A DNA stretch of 64,000 nucleotides from an uncultured Verrucomicrobiae bacterium (GCA_963813025.1 CAWEXO010000005.1:96001-160000), one strand, 5' to 3'. Counted from the first letter of the stretch, positions 48,471 to 59,592 are shown. Notes: generated by a model not told the origin, from the sequence alone. Numbers and translations are program-made.

Positions 48471-50984
48471 CTATTTTCGGCGTTTGTACTCTTGCACTGA
48501 ATAGAGCGCCACTGCGATCAGCAAAAGAAGACCTGTCCAGATATACTGGTAATAGGCAGAGACATGGAGCTGGTTCAGAGCGTTTTGCAAGAGCACCAGA
48601 AAGACCGCCCCGAGAAGCGTTCCCACCATCGTGCCGCGACCGCCAAAAACGCTGGTACCCCCGACTACAACCGCAGTGATCGAAGTAAGTGTAAACTGAC
48701 TACCCGCTTGCGCGTCGCCGCTACCGATCCGTGCTGCGATCACCAAACCGGCCAGCGCCGCCATTGCCCCGCAAAAAAGGTAGGCGAGACAACGAACCTG
48801 ATTGACCAGGATCCCGCAGACGTAAGCGGCCTCTCGGTTCGATCCCGTTGCGTAGAGTCTCGATCCGATCCGACCCTTGACCAGCAATACTTCGCCGACT
48901 GTTGTGATCAGAAGAACGACTAAACTGGCTACCGGCACCCAACCTATCCGAAGGGTGATCAAATCAGAAAACCGATCGCTTACATGCCCGCCGGGGCTGG
49001 GTCGCACGATCAATGCGAAACCGAACGCTAATGAATAGGTTGCCAGCGTACTGATCAGGTCGGGGATGCCGCACAACAAAATCAAAACGCAATTCAGGGC
49101 GGCTATGGCTAAGGCGACCAATAAGCAAGTAACTACGCCAAAAATTTCGCTCCCGTTATTCAGAATGAGGTAGGAGGCGATGGCCGTAATCAGACTGATC
49201 GAGGGCCCAACCGAAAGATCAATACCCCCAAGCACGATCACTGCCATTTGGCCGATAGCAACGAGGGCAAGCGGAACAATTTGGATCAGCAAATTGCCAA
49301 GATTTCTTTCCGTCAGAAAATACGGTGAACGGCTGGTCGTGTAGAGACTCACCGCCAAGATCATAGCCGAAAGGAACAACACGCCCGAGTAGCGACGCCA
49401 GAGGACTTCCGCAAGGCCGACCCGGTGCCCGACTTTTTGGTCAGGGGCCAAGATGTCGCCGCCGTTTTCCACACGGCCAGAGTCCCGCCTTGTTCTGACC
49501 GCGCTTCCAATAATTCTTTCTTCAGTTGCTTCCGCCGCCGGGATCTCGTCGACGATCGCCCCGTTGGCAACGACAAGAATGCGGTCGCTGAGGCCGATCA
49601 GCTCCAAAAGATCGGAGGTTAGCAAAATTACTGCGGCACCTTCAGTCGCCAATCGGCGAATGACGCGATAAAGCTCTAGCTTGGTCGCGACATCAACCCC
49701 TAAGGTTGGCTCGTCTAAAAGGTAAATTCTGGGTTTCGCCAACACCCAGCGACCCATTGCCACCTTTTGCTGGTTGCCGCCACTTAGCAGCGCGATCGGT
49801 TGCTCAGACGACGGAGTTTTCACCCGAAAACGATCAATTGTCTGAAGGACCGCCCTGGTTTCCTGAGCACGGTTGAGAACACCAAATGTGCTCCAGGCCG
49901 ACAGATGAGGATTACCAATATTATCACGAACGGAGAGCGGCGGAAAAAGGCCTTCTCCGCGACGGTCCGCTGGTGCGTAAACCAAGCCCGCGTGGATCGC
50001 GTTACGCGGGGAACGTAACAAAATATTTGTCCCGTCAACCTGTGTTTCGCCGCGCGTGGGCACCAACCCAAAAAGGGAGCGCACGATTTCGCGTTGGCCG
50101 TTTCCCTGAATCCCCCCCAGGCCAACGATCTCACCTGCCGCTGCCGTGAACGAAATATTCTGAAAATAGCCAGAGCTGGATAGGCGATTGACTCTGAGCC
50201 GCGTCAGGCCGGTTCCGGCTGATTTTGGAGGAAAAGCGAGTGCAAGTTGTCGACCCACCATTTTGCTCACCAGATCATCTTCACTTATCCGATCGTTCCC
50301 GACCGTGGAAACAACCTCGCCATCTTTCAGCACGGTAATTCGATCGGCGAAGGCCAACACTTCCCGCAGACGGTGAGAAATATAAATGATTCCTATTCCC
50401 CTCGTGCGCAGGTTGCGCAAAATGCGCTGCAATCGATCGACCTCGGCAGGATCCAGAGCAGAAGTGGGTTCATCGAGGATCAGGACTGCCGGGTCAGCGG
50501 CGACAGCCCGAGCGATTTCGACGAATTGGCGCTCTACGGTGCTCAGTTCGCAAACAAGCCGCCTGCAATCCAGCTCAATCCCGAGCCGATTCAGAATGGC
50601 TTTGCTGCGCTGTTCGATCTCTCGGCGATTGACGAGCAGGATTGGACCTGGCTCTCGTCCAAGAAGAATATTTTGGGCGACGTCCAGATCTCCAACCAGC
50701 CGGGTGTCCTGGTATACCATGGCGATTCCCAGATCATGGGCACGCCGCGGAGAGGTGAAACTTACTGTCTCACCTTTTACGCGGATCGTGCCAGAATCCG
50801 GCGGTAAAACGCCCGCCAGTATTCGCATCAAGGTGGTTTTACCAGCTCCGTTCTCTCCCACCAGCCCGTGTATTTCGCCGGCTCGACAAGAAAAAGAAAC
50901 GCGCCGTAACGCCTGAACTCCGGGGAATGATCGCTCAACGGCGTCGACCTCCAGAACCGGCGGCTCGCCCGAGGGCGCGATCAT
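48471..50984 (-). CDS. Monosaccharide ABC ATPase (tandem NBD) fused to a permease
   Basis: 'GENGAGKTT', 'LSGGNQQK', then TM domain 'GGIDLSVG...VVGGTS'. Confidence 0.92.
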   Translation of the reverse strand: MIAPSGEPPVLEVDAVERSFPGVQALRRVSFSCRAGEIHGLVGENGAGKTTLMRILAGVLPPDSGTIRVKGETVSFTSPRRAHDLGIAMVYQDTRLVGDLDVAQNILLGREPGPILLVNRREIEQRSKAILNRLGIELDCRRLVCELSTVERQFVEIARAVAADPAVLILDEPTSALDPAEVDRLQRILRNLRTRGIGIIYISHRLREVLAFADRITVLKDGEVVSTVGNDRISEDDLVSKMVGRQLALAFPPKSAGTGLTRLRVNRLSSSGYFQNISFTAAAGEIVGLGGIQGNGQREIVRSLFGLVPTRGETQVDGTNILLRSPRNAIHAGLVYAPADRRGEGLFPPLSVRDNIGNPHLSAWSTFGVLNRAQETRAVLQTIDRFRVKTPSSEQPIALLSGGNQQKVAMGRWVLAKPRIYLLDEPTLGVDVATKLELYRVIRRLATEGAAVILLTSDLLELIGLSDRILVVANGAIVDEIPAAEATEERIIGSAVRTRRDSGRVENGGDILAPDQKVGHRVGLAEVLWRRYSGVLFLSAMILAVSLYTTSRSPYFLTERNLGNLLIQIVPLALVAIGQMAVIVLGGIDLSVGPSISLITAIASYLILNNGSEIFGVVTCLLVALAIAALNCVLILLCGIPDLISTLATYSLAFGFALIVRPSPGGHVSDRFSDLITLRIGWVPVASLVVLLITTVGEVLLVKGRIGSRLYATGSNREAAYVCGILVNQVRCLAYLFCGAMAALAGLVIAARIGSGDAQAGSQFTLTSITAVVVGGTSVFGGRGTMVGTLLGAVFLVLLQNALNQLHVSAYYQYIWTGLLLLIAVALYSVQEYKRRK

Positions 50985-52090
50985 GTCTTGAACAAAGATT
51001 TCAGCTCATCATTCGAGAGGTCAGTATCAACGAAAACTCCATCAGGTAAATCGAGTCGAACAAAGTTCTTATAGTTCTCGGATGTGATTAATTCAGGCTC
51101 GATCGTCTGTCGCTTTGGCACTTCCTCTCCGGCCAGCAACTTAAGCGCTGTACGTAAGGCAATGACGCTCTCCCACGTCGGTTCGGACAAAAGCCCGATC
51201 TTGAATTTAGGCTGGTTAGCAGCCTCTTGAGCATAGAGTTTCAGCAGCCCGTTGTAGTCGTCGCCGGTAACCGGAATTAATGGACGTTTGGCGGCAAGCA
51301 ACGCTTTCATTGCGCCAGCGCCATCTTGAGAGCCGTCGCACCAGACTCCGTCAATCTCGGGGTAAGCTGCAGTGAGATCGGCCATCACGACCTTCGCTCG
51401 ATCTTCCTCCCAGTAGGCGTCCCGGAAAGCTAGAACCTGGATCTGGCTTCCCGCCATCGCCTTTTGAGCGCCCGTCCATGCCGCTGCGGTGTAGGAGTTG
51501 CCCGGAAGTCCTCCCAAAGCCACAATTTTCGCGGAATTTCCAACTGCGTCCCGCAACCATTGGCCAAGCGCATGCCCTTTCTTTTCTGGATCAGTGCCAA
51601 TAAATGCCGTCCAGTCCTCTCCATCGACCGGTAGATTGAATGGTATCGTCACGATCCCCTGTTTCGTCGCCTCGCGGAGAGCAGGAGCAACCGCCGATCC
51701 GGAATTCGGGATGCAGAGAATAGCATCAACATTTTGCGAGACCAGATTCTCAATATCGTTGACTTGCTTGGTGATATCGCCCTGGCCGTCGACCACTATA
51801 AAATCGCTCAGCTCCTTGTGTTGACTCGCTTCCTTCTTGACCGAGTAGAGGCATTCAGTTCTCCAGGTGTTCCCTGAAAAGCCGTTACTGAATCCGATGC
51901 GCACGGTGCCTTGCTTCTTGAACTTCGCACCATTCACCGTGCCACCGCTGGAGACGATTTTGGCCTTGCTGGTCGCCTCATCCGCGAATGTGGGTAAAGC
52001 ACGGGACAGAGCAGTGAAGCCGAGCGCCGCTGCGCCGATCTTCACCGCTTGTCGCCGTGAATAATGAGGGGGAACGTAGTTGTTACTCAT
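50981..52090 (-). CDS. Sugar ABC substrate-binding protein, Tat-type signal
   Basis: 'SRRQAVK' twin-arginine motif; 'IGFSNGFSGNTWR'. Confidence 0.9.
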   Translation of the reverse strand: MSNNYVPPHYSRRQAVKIGAAALGFTALSRALPTFADEATSKAKIVSSGGTVNGAKFKKQGTVRIGFSNGFSGNTWRTECLYSVKKEASQHKELSDFIVVDGQGDITKQVNDIENLVSQNVDAILCIPNSGSAVAPALREATKQGIVTIPFNLPVDGEDWTAFIGTDPEKKGHALGQWLRDAVGNSAKIVALGGLPGNSYTAAAWTGAQKAMAGSQIQVLAFRDAYWEEDRAKVVMADLTAAYPEIDGVWCDGSQDGAGAMKALLAAKRPLIPVTGDDYNGLLKLYAQEAANQPKFKIGLLSEPTWESVIALRTALKLLAGEEVPKRQTIEPELITSENYKNFVRLDLPDGVFVDTDLSNDELKSLFKT

Positions 52091-52352
52091 AAGTTGGCGG
52101 ATATCAATCGAACACAGATTTCGCAGTTTAACACGATTTAAAAAGACTTAAGAAATAAACGCCGGCTTAGCTAACGCGGAACTTGTCACACCGCAGAGCC
52201 GCGAAACGGACATCAACGCGTAAGGCCTCGCCCCCCTCCGGGAGGGACGCACAGGACCATTCGCTCTCCCCAGGAGGAGGACGACGATAAGCATGAGAAC
52301 CGACGTTTTTTGGAAGCTTCATTCTTAGTGAAATCCGTGGGTAACAATGGCG

Positions 52353-52646
52353 CTAGTGCACCGTCATATAATGGTGCCATCGCCGCAGGTCAGTTGGCTG
52401 TTTTTCTAGGCGCGAGCGAAGCGCCCATATCTGAATCCATACGGGTCGAGCGAGCAACGCCGAAAAACAGCCAACTGGCCGCGGCCCAAAGGGTTGCGTT
52501 GAAAATGGGCCGGCGGCGGCGTTGCTCCTCGGTTACGTATCGATGCAGATATGCGCCCTCCTACTGCCAGTCCGGCTCGGACCGCCTTGCCGGCGGTCCA
52601 ATTTGAACGCAACGATGGCACCATGATATGAGAGACGGTGCACTAG
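52353..52646. repeat. MITE-like 294-bp element with inverted termini
   Basis: CTAGTGCACCGTC..CATATAATGGTGCCATCG at the left end and CGATGGCACCATGATATG..GACGGTGCACTAG at the right end. Confidence 0.8.
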
Positions 52647-53605
52647 GATACAACGGCTTTCGTGCTGCTCAGGCCGATCCAACGATAGAGCAAAACACTC
52701 ATGGCGATGACGGCGCCTTGGAGGACAAACTGCGTTCCGGTCGAAACATGAACGATATTGGTAAAGCTGGTCAGCTCAGTGATAAATAACGTTCCGCCAA
52801 TTGTTCCCGTCACCGATCCGATCCCTCCAGTCAGGGCGGTGCCACCCACTACGGTCGCCGCAATGGAAGTCAAAAGAAATTGGTCGCCGATGCCCAGGCT
52901 GGGAGAACCGATATAGGAAGTAAGCAGCAAGCCGCCAAACGCCGCCAGGATACTGCTCAGGATATAGGCAACTATTACAACCCGAAAAACCGGGATCCCG
53001 ACGAGTCGAGCGGCCACCTGGTTCGCGCCCACCGCATAGAGCTGACGCCCGAACATAGTGGCTCGCATGGTCCAGGCGATCAGTAAAGCAACAGCCAACC
53101 AGCAGATTGTGCTGATCGGAAATCCGAACAGGCGCCCTTGCCCAAAGACGGCGAAACTCGGAGAAATGGAGCCATGCGGAGCCCCCTGCGTGTAAACCAG
53201 AGCCACGCCAAAAAGAATCGAGTTCATTCCAAGAGTGGCCACCAATGGTGTTACCCCCAGCCAGGTAATAAGCAGGCCATTGAGTGATCCGACAAGCGCG
53301 GCAATCAATAAACAGACCCCGAGAGCGGGTAAAAGTCCGGTCCCCTGCCCTCCCATAATGCTCGTCGAGACGATGTTGGCCATGGTGACCACCCCTGCTA
53401 CCGAGAGATCGATTCCGCCGACTAATAAAGCGAGCGTCTGACCTGTCGCGATGATCCCGAGAAAAGCGGAAACCTGGAGAATATTTAAAAGCTGCTGGAT
53501 CTGGAGCATGCCGGGTGAAATCAACCCCGAGGTGAGGTAGAGTATGGCGGCAATAAACCAGACCGGACCAACGCGAAAGGCTCTTCTACCAATCCAGGAT
53601 CGCAT
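52643..53605 (-). CDS. Monosaccharide ABC permease
   Basis: 'GGIDLSV', 'GRQLYAVGAN', 'VVGGTALTGG'. Confidence 0.93.
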   Translation of the reverse strand: MRSWIGRRAFRVGPVWFIAAILYLTSGLISPGMLQIQQLLNILQVSAFLGIIATGQTLALLVGGIDLSVAGVVTMANIVSTSIMGGQGTGLLPALGVCLLIAALVGSLNGLLITWLGVTPLVATLGMNSILFGVALVYTQGAPHGSISPSFAVFGQGRLFGFPISTICWLAVALLIAWTMRATMFGRQLYAVGANQVAARLVGIPVFRVVIVAYILSSILAAFGGLLLTSYIGSPSLGIGDQFLLTSIAATVVGGTALTGGIGSVTGTIGGTLFITELTSFTNIVHVSTGTQFVLQGAVIAMSVLLYRWIGLSSTKAVVS

Positions 53606-54755
53606 TGTCCGGAGCGCGAATACTAAGTGGATGGATCACCTCCTGTTTGAAAGGATGTTTTTTGGCGCGTTCCTCATCGACCTCGATTCCGAGTCCCGGG
53701 GCGGTACTCGGCAACCAATAGCCGTTCTCTGTTCTCAACGAACTGTTCACGACCTCCCAGCGCCAGGGGACGTCCGTCAACATATCTTCCTGGATCAAAA
53801 AGTTTGGCGTCGAAAGCGCAAAATGCAGTGCGACTGCATTGGCGATCGGGCCGAGCGGATTATGCGGCGCAACGCCCATCTGGTAAGTCTCGGCCATTGC
53901 CGCAATTTTTTTGGCTTCAAAGAGACCGCCGCAATGACAAAGGTCGGGTTGAATCACGTGACACGCGCGCTGCTCGAAGATCGGCCTGAACTGATGGCGA
54001 GCGACTAAACGCTCGCCGCTTGCAATCGGCACCTGGACACTTTCTCGGACCTCTCGCAAAGCTTCGACGTTCTCGGGCGGAACTGGCTCTTCGCAGAAAT
54101 ATGGTCGAAATTCCGCAACCGCGTTGATGTACTGGATCGCCATGGCCGGGTAGGTGCGCCCATGAAAGTCGATCATGATGTCGACCGCGTCGCCGACGCT
54201 GTTCCGCAGTCTTTCCATGAGCCTGGCAAACTGTTTGATCTTGCCGATCCCTTCCAGAGACTCCGAGTACGGCACGAAAACCACTTTGAGAGCAGTGTAA
54301 CCTCGATCAATCACTTTGTGCGCGAGATCAATCAGCGGCTCAACATCGAAGGTTTCGTAGACGGAGGCCATATCGCCGCCGCCCAAATGGGTATACATCC
54401 GAACTCTGTCGCGCACTCGACCCCCCAGTAATTCGAAAACCGGTACTCCCAACCTTTTGCCATTGATGTCCCATAATGCTTGTTCAATAGCCGAAATCGC
54501 GCTCATTCCGATCACCCCGAGACGCCAAAAAGACTGCCGATAGAGTTTCTGAAAGATGTGTTCGAGCCGGCAAGGGTCTTCACCAATCACCATCGGGCTG
54601 AAATCCTCGATTGCGCCCACGATTGACCGAGTTTTCCATTCCAACGAGCCTTCGCCCCATCCGAAAAGGCCGGCTTGGTCAGTCTCGGCTTTGCAGAAAA
54701 CCCAGTTCCGCATTTCCGCGTTAACGACTACAGTTTTTAGATTGGTAATTTTCAC
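53586..54755 (-). CDS. dgoD: Galactonate dehydratase-like enolase-superfamily enzyme
   Basis: 'SAIEQALWDI', 'DFHGR', 'EEP', 'GERL', 'APHNPLGP'. Substrate not certain. Confidence 0.8.
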   Translation of the reverse strand: MKITNLKTVVVNAEMRNWVFCKAETDQAGLFGWGEGSLEWKTRSIVGAIEDFSPMVIGEDPCRLEHIFQKLYRQSFWRLGVIGMSAISAIEQALWDINGKRLGVPVFELLGGRVRDRVRMYTHLGGGDMASVYETFDVEPLIDLAHKVIDRGYTALKVVFVPYSESLEGIGKIKQFARLMERLRNSVGDAVDIMIDFHGRTYPAMAIQYINAVAEFRPYFCEEPVPPENVEALREVRESVQVPIASGERLVARHQFRPIFEQRACHVIQPDLCHCGGLFEAKKIAAMAETYQMGVAPHNPLGPIANAVALHFALSTPNFLIQEDMLTDVPWRWEVVNSSLRTENGYWLPSTAPGLGIEVDEERAKKHPFKQEVIHPLSIRAPDNAILDW

Positions 54756-54836
54756 AGATTCGCGGAGAATCGTTCACGTTTCGCACCGGCAGGAAGCGAG
54801 CCAAGAAGCCCTTCCGCACACGATAAAAAACGACCT

Positions 54837-55724
54837 TCATTGTAATCCCAGGTGTCCGGCCATCGCATACGCCAGTTCGAGGTGCACAGACTCAGGCCAG
54901 TTGCCCAGCTGCGGCCCGAGCTGCAGACAAGCCGTGCGCAAATCTTTTAGCCCGGAATTTCTTAACAGCAGCTCCGCCCGCTCGACAAAAGCCCGCGTTT
55001 CCTGACAGAACTCGGCGATTTCCGGTCCTCTTTTTATTGGCCAATGGCAGCTCACGTAATAGTCGAGATCAAGCTGCTCGATCAATTGACAGGTCTGCAG
55101 GTAAGTCTCCGGATAAAGATAGGTCGGACAGAGCGCCGGCTGACCCGTCGTGCTGAGGTACACCGCGCCTTGAATCGCGTCGCCCCCGAATAGTGCCCGA
55201 TTCCGGTGATCCCAAATTCCGAGGTGCCCTTTGCTATGGCCGGGAAGATGAAGAATCTCCAAATCCCAATCCGCGTCCAAACGGATGTGTTCGCCGCCGC
55301 GAAAGGTTAAATCAACCGGCTGTGGATCTCCCAAATCAATCCGCATGTTCCGAGCAACTTCCTCCGGGTAGAAGACGCCGAATCGCCGGTAAGCGTCGTA
55401 GCGTGTTTTGAAGAGCTCTTCCGGCCGCTCAATGACGCACCGGTCGGACTGCCCACAGCAGAGCAAGGATCGGGGGGCCCAGCGCTTGATTCCGGCGTTC
55501 CCGCCGACGTGATCAGAATCACAATGGGTGTTGATGACAAATCGAAGATCGTCCGGTCCGAGCCCTAATTCGTGCAGACCAGGAAGAATCAGGGAATCGA
55601 CATGCTCCGCGCATCCCGTATCGAGAAGCAGGGTTCCAAAACCGCCGCGCAACAATGGCAGGTACAACGGTCGAATACCCACCCGACCTTCCAAAAGGTA
55701 AACGCTTTCAAAGAGCTCGTTCAT
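54837..55724 (-). CDS. MBL-fold metallo-hydrolase
   Basis: 'THCDSDHVGG', 'PGHSKGH', 'GDA'. Confidence 0.9.
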   Translation of the reverse strand: MNELFESVYLLEGRVGIRPLYLPLLRGGFGTLLLDTGCAEHVDSLILPGLHELGLGPDDLRFVINTHCDSDHVGGNAGIKRWAPRSLLCCGQSDRCVIERPEELFKTRYDAYRRFGVFYPEEVARNMRIDLGDPQPVDLTFRGGEHIRLDADWDLEILHLPGHSKGHLGIWDHRNRALFGGDAIQGAVYLSTTGQPALCPTYLYPETYLQTCQLIEQLDLDYYVSCHWPIKRGPEIAEFCQETRAFVERAELLLRNSGLKDLRTACLQLGPQLGNWPESVHLELAYAMAGHLGLQ

Positions 55725-55729
55725 GGTTT

Positions 55730-56521
55730 TCAGGAAGTCGGCTGCTGTCCCTGTACGGCGTAGCCGCCATCGCACCGGATATCGGTTGCGGTGATATTGG
55801 CGGATTCATCGCTGGCTAGAAAAACAAATACTGCCGCAACTTCCTCGATCGAACCTACTTTCCCACGAGGGTGAAGCCGATCGAAAGCGGCGCGAGCTCG
55901 CTTCGCGTCACTAGCGTGTTCGCTCAAGAAGCGGTGCAGCATGGGAGAATCGACCGTGCCCGGAGAAACTGTATTAACCCGGATATTATCTTTAGCGAGC
56001 TCGATTGCTTGTCCACGCGCCAACGCAATCAGACCTCCTTTGGTGGCGCCATAAACCGTAATCCCGGGATGCCCGTTATGGCCGGTAACGCTGGCCATAT
56101 GAATAATCGAACCACCTCCCGTTCGGCGCATCCACGGAATGACGAAACGCACAAAGAGAATCGGCGCCCGTAAATTGACCTGGAGGATTCGGTCGATTGT
56201 TTCTGCGTCAATAGCATCCGCTGCTTTCACCGGCATGACTGCTGCGTTGTTCACCAGGCAATGAATCGATCCGAATCGATCCCCGGCTTGCTCCACAAAT
56301 TTCTGGATCGCAGTTGGCTGACGCACATCAAAGGGTTGCGCAAAAACCTCGGTGCCGATCTGCTCAATTAGAGCGGCCGTTTCCTGAACGATCGCCGGCT
56401 GCACGTCGCAAATCGCCAGCTTTGCCCCGTGCTGAGCAAAGGCCAAAGCGATTCCTCTCCCGATGCCATCGCCAGCACCGGTGACAATTGCCACTTTCCC
56501 AGTTAATCGCTCACTATTCAC
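55730..56521 (-). CDS. SDR-family oxidoreductase
   Basis: 'TGAGDGIG', 'NNAA', YxxxK (YGATK). Confidence 0.95.
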   Translation of the reverse strand: MNSERLTGKVAIVTGAGDGIGRGIALAFAQHGAKLAICDVQPAIVQETAALIEQIGTEVFAQPFDVRQPTAIQKFVEQAGDRFGSIHCLVNNAAVMPVKAADAIDAETIDRILQVNLRAPILFVRFVIPWMRRTGGGSIIHMASVTGHNGHPGITVYGATKGGLIALARGQAIELAKDNIRVNTVSPGTVDSPMLHRFLSEHASDAKRARAAFDRLHPRGKVGSIEEVAAVFVFLASDESANITATDIRCDGGYAVQGQQPTS

Positions 56522-56550
56522 TGTATTATTTTCAGGTTAACCGGCAGGAT

Positions 56551-56917
56551 GGGTCTGTCGGACTTTGGAGCACGCGGTACGATTTTTGTAATTTGCTTCG
56601 CGACCTGACAAGATCGGTAGGGCGAAAATTCAATTGAGCGCCAGGCGAGAACTTGTTTGAGCCGTCTTGGGCGCGGCGAACCCCAACATCCGGCTCGAAC
56701 GAGTCCTCGCCGAAGGCTCGGATGAATTCTCGCCCTACCGACCGTGAAACAAGACCACTCCCTTGTGTGAAGGTTCTCGTGCTTCGGACACGTCCCGAGG
56801 TCAGGCCAACCCGGCGGCGTCTTGGAGTGCGCGCGACTTGTCGCCGCTTTCGGATCGCGCGGAGCGCGGCCAATGCAGATCTTCCGGATCTTCTCACGCC
56901 TAAAGTCCGACGGACCC
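56551..56917. repeat. Nested inverted-repeat cluster containing REP-like copy 3 (56616-56739)
   Basis: Outer GGGTCTGTCGGACTTTGG / CCTAAAGTCCGACGGACCC; inner GGTAGGGCG...CGCCCTACC. Confidence 0.9.
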
Positions 56918-56974
56918 TCCCGTCTGTGAGCGGATCTGTGCGGCCGATTTGATGGCGATCGCGGCGCACATTTG

Positions 56975-57994
56975 TCAGTCCAGTTTGCGTCTCCGCCGCC
57001 CAAAATTGTCAATGAGCACCGCGATCAAAAGGGTGGCTCCGATCACCAGGGTGTTCCAGTAAACGTCGACCCCGAGCAGGGTCAGAGCTCCCACGAGAAT
57101 TCCCATCAGCAACGATCCGAGAAAGGAACCCAGAACGGTTCCTTCTCCCCCTTTCAGACTGGCTCCGCCGATGATCACCGCGGAAATCACGTTCAGCTCT
57201 AGACCAGTTCCCGCGGTAACCGAAGCGGTGCCGAGGCGAGCAGTCATGATGATTCCCGCCAGCGCTGCCAAAACACCGGTCAACCCGTAGTTGAAGATTT
57301 TGAGACGGTCGACGCGAATGCCCGAGAAAAGCGCGGCGCGTTCGTTGCCGCCAAGGTAGTAATTCTGCCGAAAGAAGCGCGATTTACGAAGCAAGATGTC
57401 GCCGACCAGCACCAACAGCAGCGCTGTCCAGATCGGGTTTTGCACCTTGAAGAGATTACCTTGACCGATGACCCGAAAGGAGGCAGGCAGGCCCGAAATA
57501 TTTCGGCCTCTGGTTATCACCAGCAGAGCGCCTCGCAGGATGCTCATCATGGCTAAAGTGGTAACAAAGGGATTGATGCCGATCCTGGCGATAATTAATC
57601 CATTGACCACTCCCACGACGGCGCCCACTGCCAAACCGAGAAGCAGCCCGAGAAAAACCGGAAGTCCCGCAACGATCGACATTGCCGTGATGGCCCCGGC
57701 CAGGGCAAACGTAGAGCCCACTGATAAATCAAACCCGCCGCTCACCAGCAGGATGGTCATCCCGATCGCGACGATGCATTCTACTGAGACCTGCAGAAGC
57801 AAGGCCGACCAATTCCCAAATGTCATGAATATCGGAGACGCAAAGCTCATCGCTATGCAGCCGCCGATGATAATGGCCAGAATCATGAACTCCCGGAAAT
57901 CGGTCAGCCGTCCAATCAGTTCGCTTACCCTGGGTTTGGGACGATCTGCGGACGGTTTCTCGGGTTGAACCCCAGGCTCCAGATCCGCTTTCAT
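56975..57994 (-). CDS. Monosaccharide ABC permease (RbsC-like)
   Basis: 'GGFDLSVGS', 'ELNVISAVIIGGASL'. Confidence 0.94.
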   Translation of the reverse strand: MKADLEPGVQPEKPSADRPKPRVSELIGRLTDFREFMILAIIIGGCIAMSFASPIFMTFGNWSALLLQVSVECIVAIGMTILLVSGGFDLSVGSTFALAGAITAMSIVAGLPVFLGLLLGLAVGAVVGVVNGLIIARIGINPFVTTLAMMSILRGALLVITRGRNISGLPASFRVIGQGNLFKVQNPIWTALLLVLVGDILLRKSRFFRQNYYLGGNERAALFSGIRVDRLKIFNYGLTGVLAALAGIIMTARLGTASVTAGTGLELNVISAVIIGGASLKGGEGTVLGSFLGSLLMGILVGALTLLGVDVYWNTLVIGATLLIAVLIDNFGRRRRKLD

Positions 57995-59505
57995 GCCGCC
58001 TTTCCCTGGATTGGAGTTGAGGCCAGCCCGGTCGCGGCAAGAATCAATCTTTCCTCGGTAGCTTGTTCGCGATCAAATTCAGCTACCGGACGACCCCCAC
58101 GCATTACCAATACGCGATCGCTCATTCCGAGAATCTCCTGCAGTTCAGAAGAAATCATCATGATCGCCACACCAGCGTCCGCTAACTCCCGCAGCAGACG
58201 ATAAATCTCTGACTTGGCTCCTACATCCACGCCGCGGGTTGGTTCATCGACAATCAGAACGCGGGGCTTGGCTCCGATCCACATGGCCAACAGAACCTTC
58301 TGCTGGTTACCGCCGGATAACTGGGAGACTGGTTTGCGAATGCTCGGCGTAGCAATATTAAAACGACGCTTTGCCGCGATAGCGGCTGCGGTAATTCTGC
58401 GATCGGAAAGAAAGCCAAACGCGGTCGCAAACGTGCGCAAAGTGGGAGCAACACAATTCTTCCGCATCGACATCGAAAGGTACAGACCAGATTCTTTCCG
58501 GTCTTCTGTCAGATAGATGATACCGCGTTGAATCGCTTCCGCAGGATGTCTGAAGCTAAATTCCTGCCCGTCCAGGACAACTCTAACGGCGGGATTTGGA
58601 GTGATGCCGACAATTTCTTGCGCAAGTTCTGATCGCCCGGCGCCGATTAATCCGGCGATACCCAAAATTTCACCCCGCCGCAGTTCGAGAGCGGCGTTTT
58701 GATCGTTCACCCGACGGAAGCGGAAACAGATCTCCCCGGGTACCTGCTTCCGCTGACCGTACATGTTCGTCAACTCCCGCCCAACCATCCGTTTGACCAA
58801 GCCCTCCTCGTTGACTTCCGAGGTTGTGTAGGTGCCGACACGTTTACCGTCACGCAAGATGGTGACTCGATCGGAAAGCTGAAAAATTTCGGAAAGATGA
58901 TGCGAGATATAGAGGAAGGTCACGCCGTCTGCCTTCATGCGCTGAATATTGGCAAAAAGCAGTTCCTTTTCGGCAGCGCCAAGCGACGAGGTTGGTTCAT
59001 CCAGGATGAGGATCTTCGGCTGCAGGGAGATCGCTTTCAGAACCTCAATCAGCTGACGATTTCCCATCGAGAGGTCTTTAATCAGACGAGTTGGTTTCAG
59101 CGTGAGCTCGAACAAACTTAACAGTTTGCTTGCTTGTGTATTGAGACGACCGGTGGCGACAAAACCGAGCGAGTTGACCGGTTGTCGATTAAAGAAAATG
59201 TTTTCGGCGACGCTCAGTCCCGGAACAAGGCTGAGTTCTTGGAAGACGACGGCTATGCCGCGTCGCCCAGCCTCAGCGGCATTTGCGAATTGGGCCGGTA
59301 TCCCTTCAAGCAAGATTTCACCGGCATCCAGCTGCAGAACTCCGCCGACAATGTTTATCAACGTGCTTTTGCCGGCGCCATTTTCTCCCACCAACGCATG
59401 CACCTCCCCCCGCCGCAGTTCCAGACTCACATTGTCAACGGCGCATACCCCAGGGAATGACTTGGTGATACCGCGCAGCTGCAGCACATGTTCGGTGCGT
59501 TTCAC
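57991..59505 (-). CDS. Monosaccharide ABC ATP-binding protein (RbsA-like)
   Basis: 'GENGAGKST', 'LSGGNQQK', 'DEPTRGVDVGAK'. Confidence 0.95.
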   Translation of the reverse strand: MKRTEHVLQLRGITKSFPGVCAVDNVSLELRRGEVHALVGENGAGKSTLINIVGGVLQLDAGEILLEGIPAQFANAAEAGRRGIAVVFQELSLVPGLSVAENIFFNRQPVNSLGFVATGRLNTQASKLLSLFELTLKPTRLIKDLSMGNRQLIEVLKAISLQPKILILDEPTSSLGAAEKELLFANIQRMKADGVTFLYISHHLSEIFQLSDRVTILRDGKRVGTYTTSEVNEEGLVKRMVGRELTNMYGQRKQVPGEICFRFRRVNDQNAALELRRGEILGIAGLIGAGRSELAQEIVGITPNPAVRVVLDGQEFSFRHPAEAIQRGIIYLTEDRKESGLYLSMSMRKNCVAPTLRTFATAFGFLSDRRITAAAIAAKRRFNIATPSIRKPVSQLSGGNQQKVLLAMWIGAKPRVLIVDEPTRGVDVGAKSEIYRLLRELADAGVAIMMISSELQEILGMSDRVLVMRGGRPVAEFDREQATEERLILAATGLASTPIQGKAA

Positions 59506-59592
59506 GTTTCACTCATCACATTTCGGGGCGTCTCGTTCGCCGATCCTTACCGAACGCGAAACGTCCAACGTGAAACCCGAGACGGCTTTCTC

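Noticed and set aside
28741..56739. Repeated GGTAGGGCG... units as a CRISPR array
   Set aside because: The copies are dispersed and inverted, with no regular repeat-spacer period and no cas genes.
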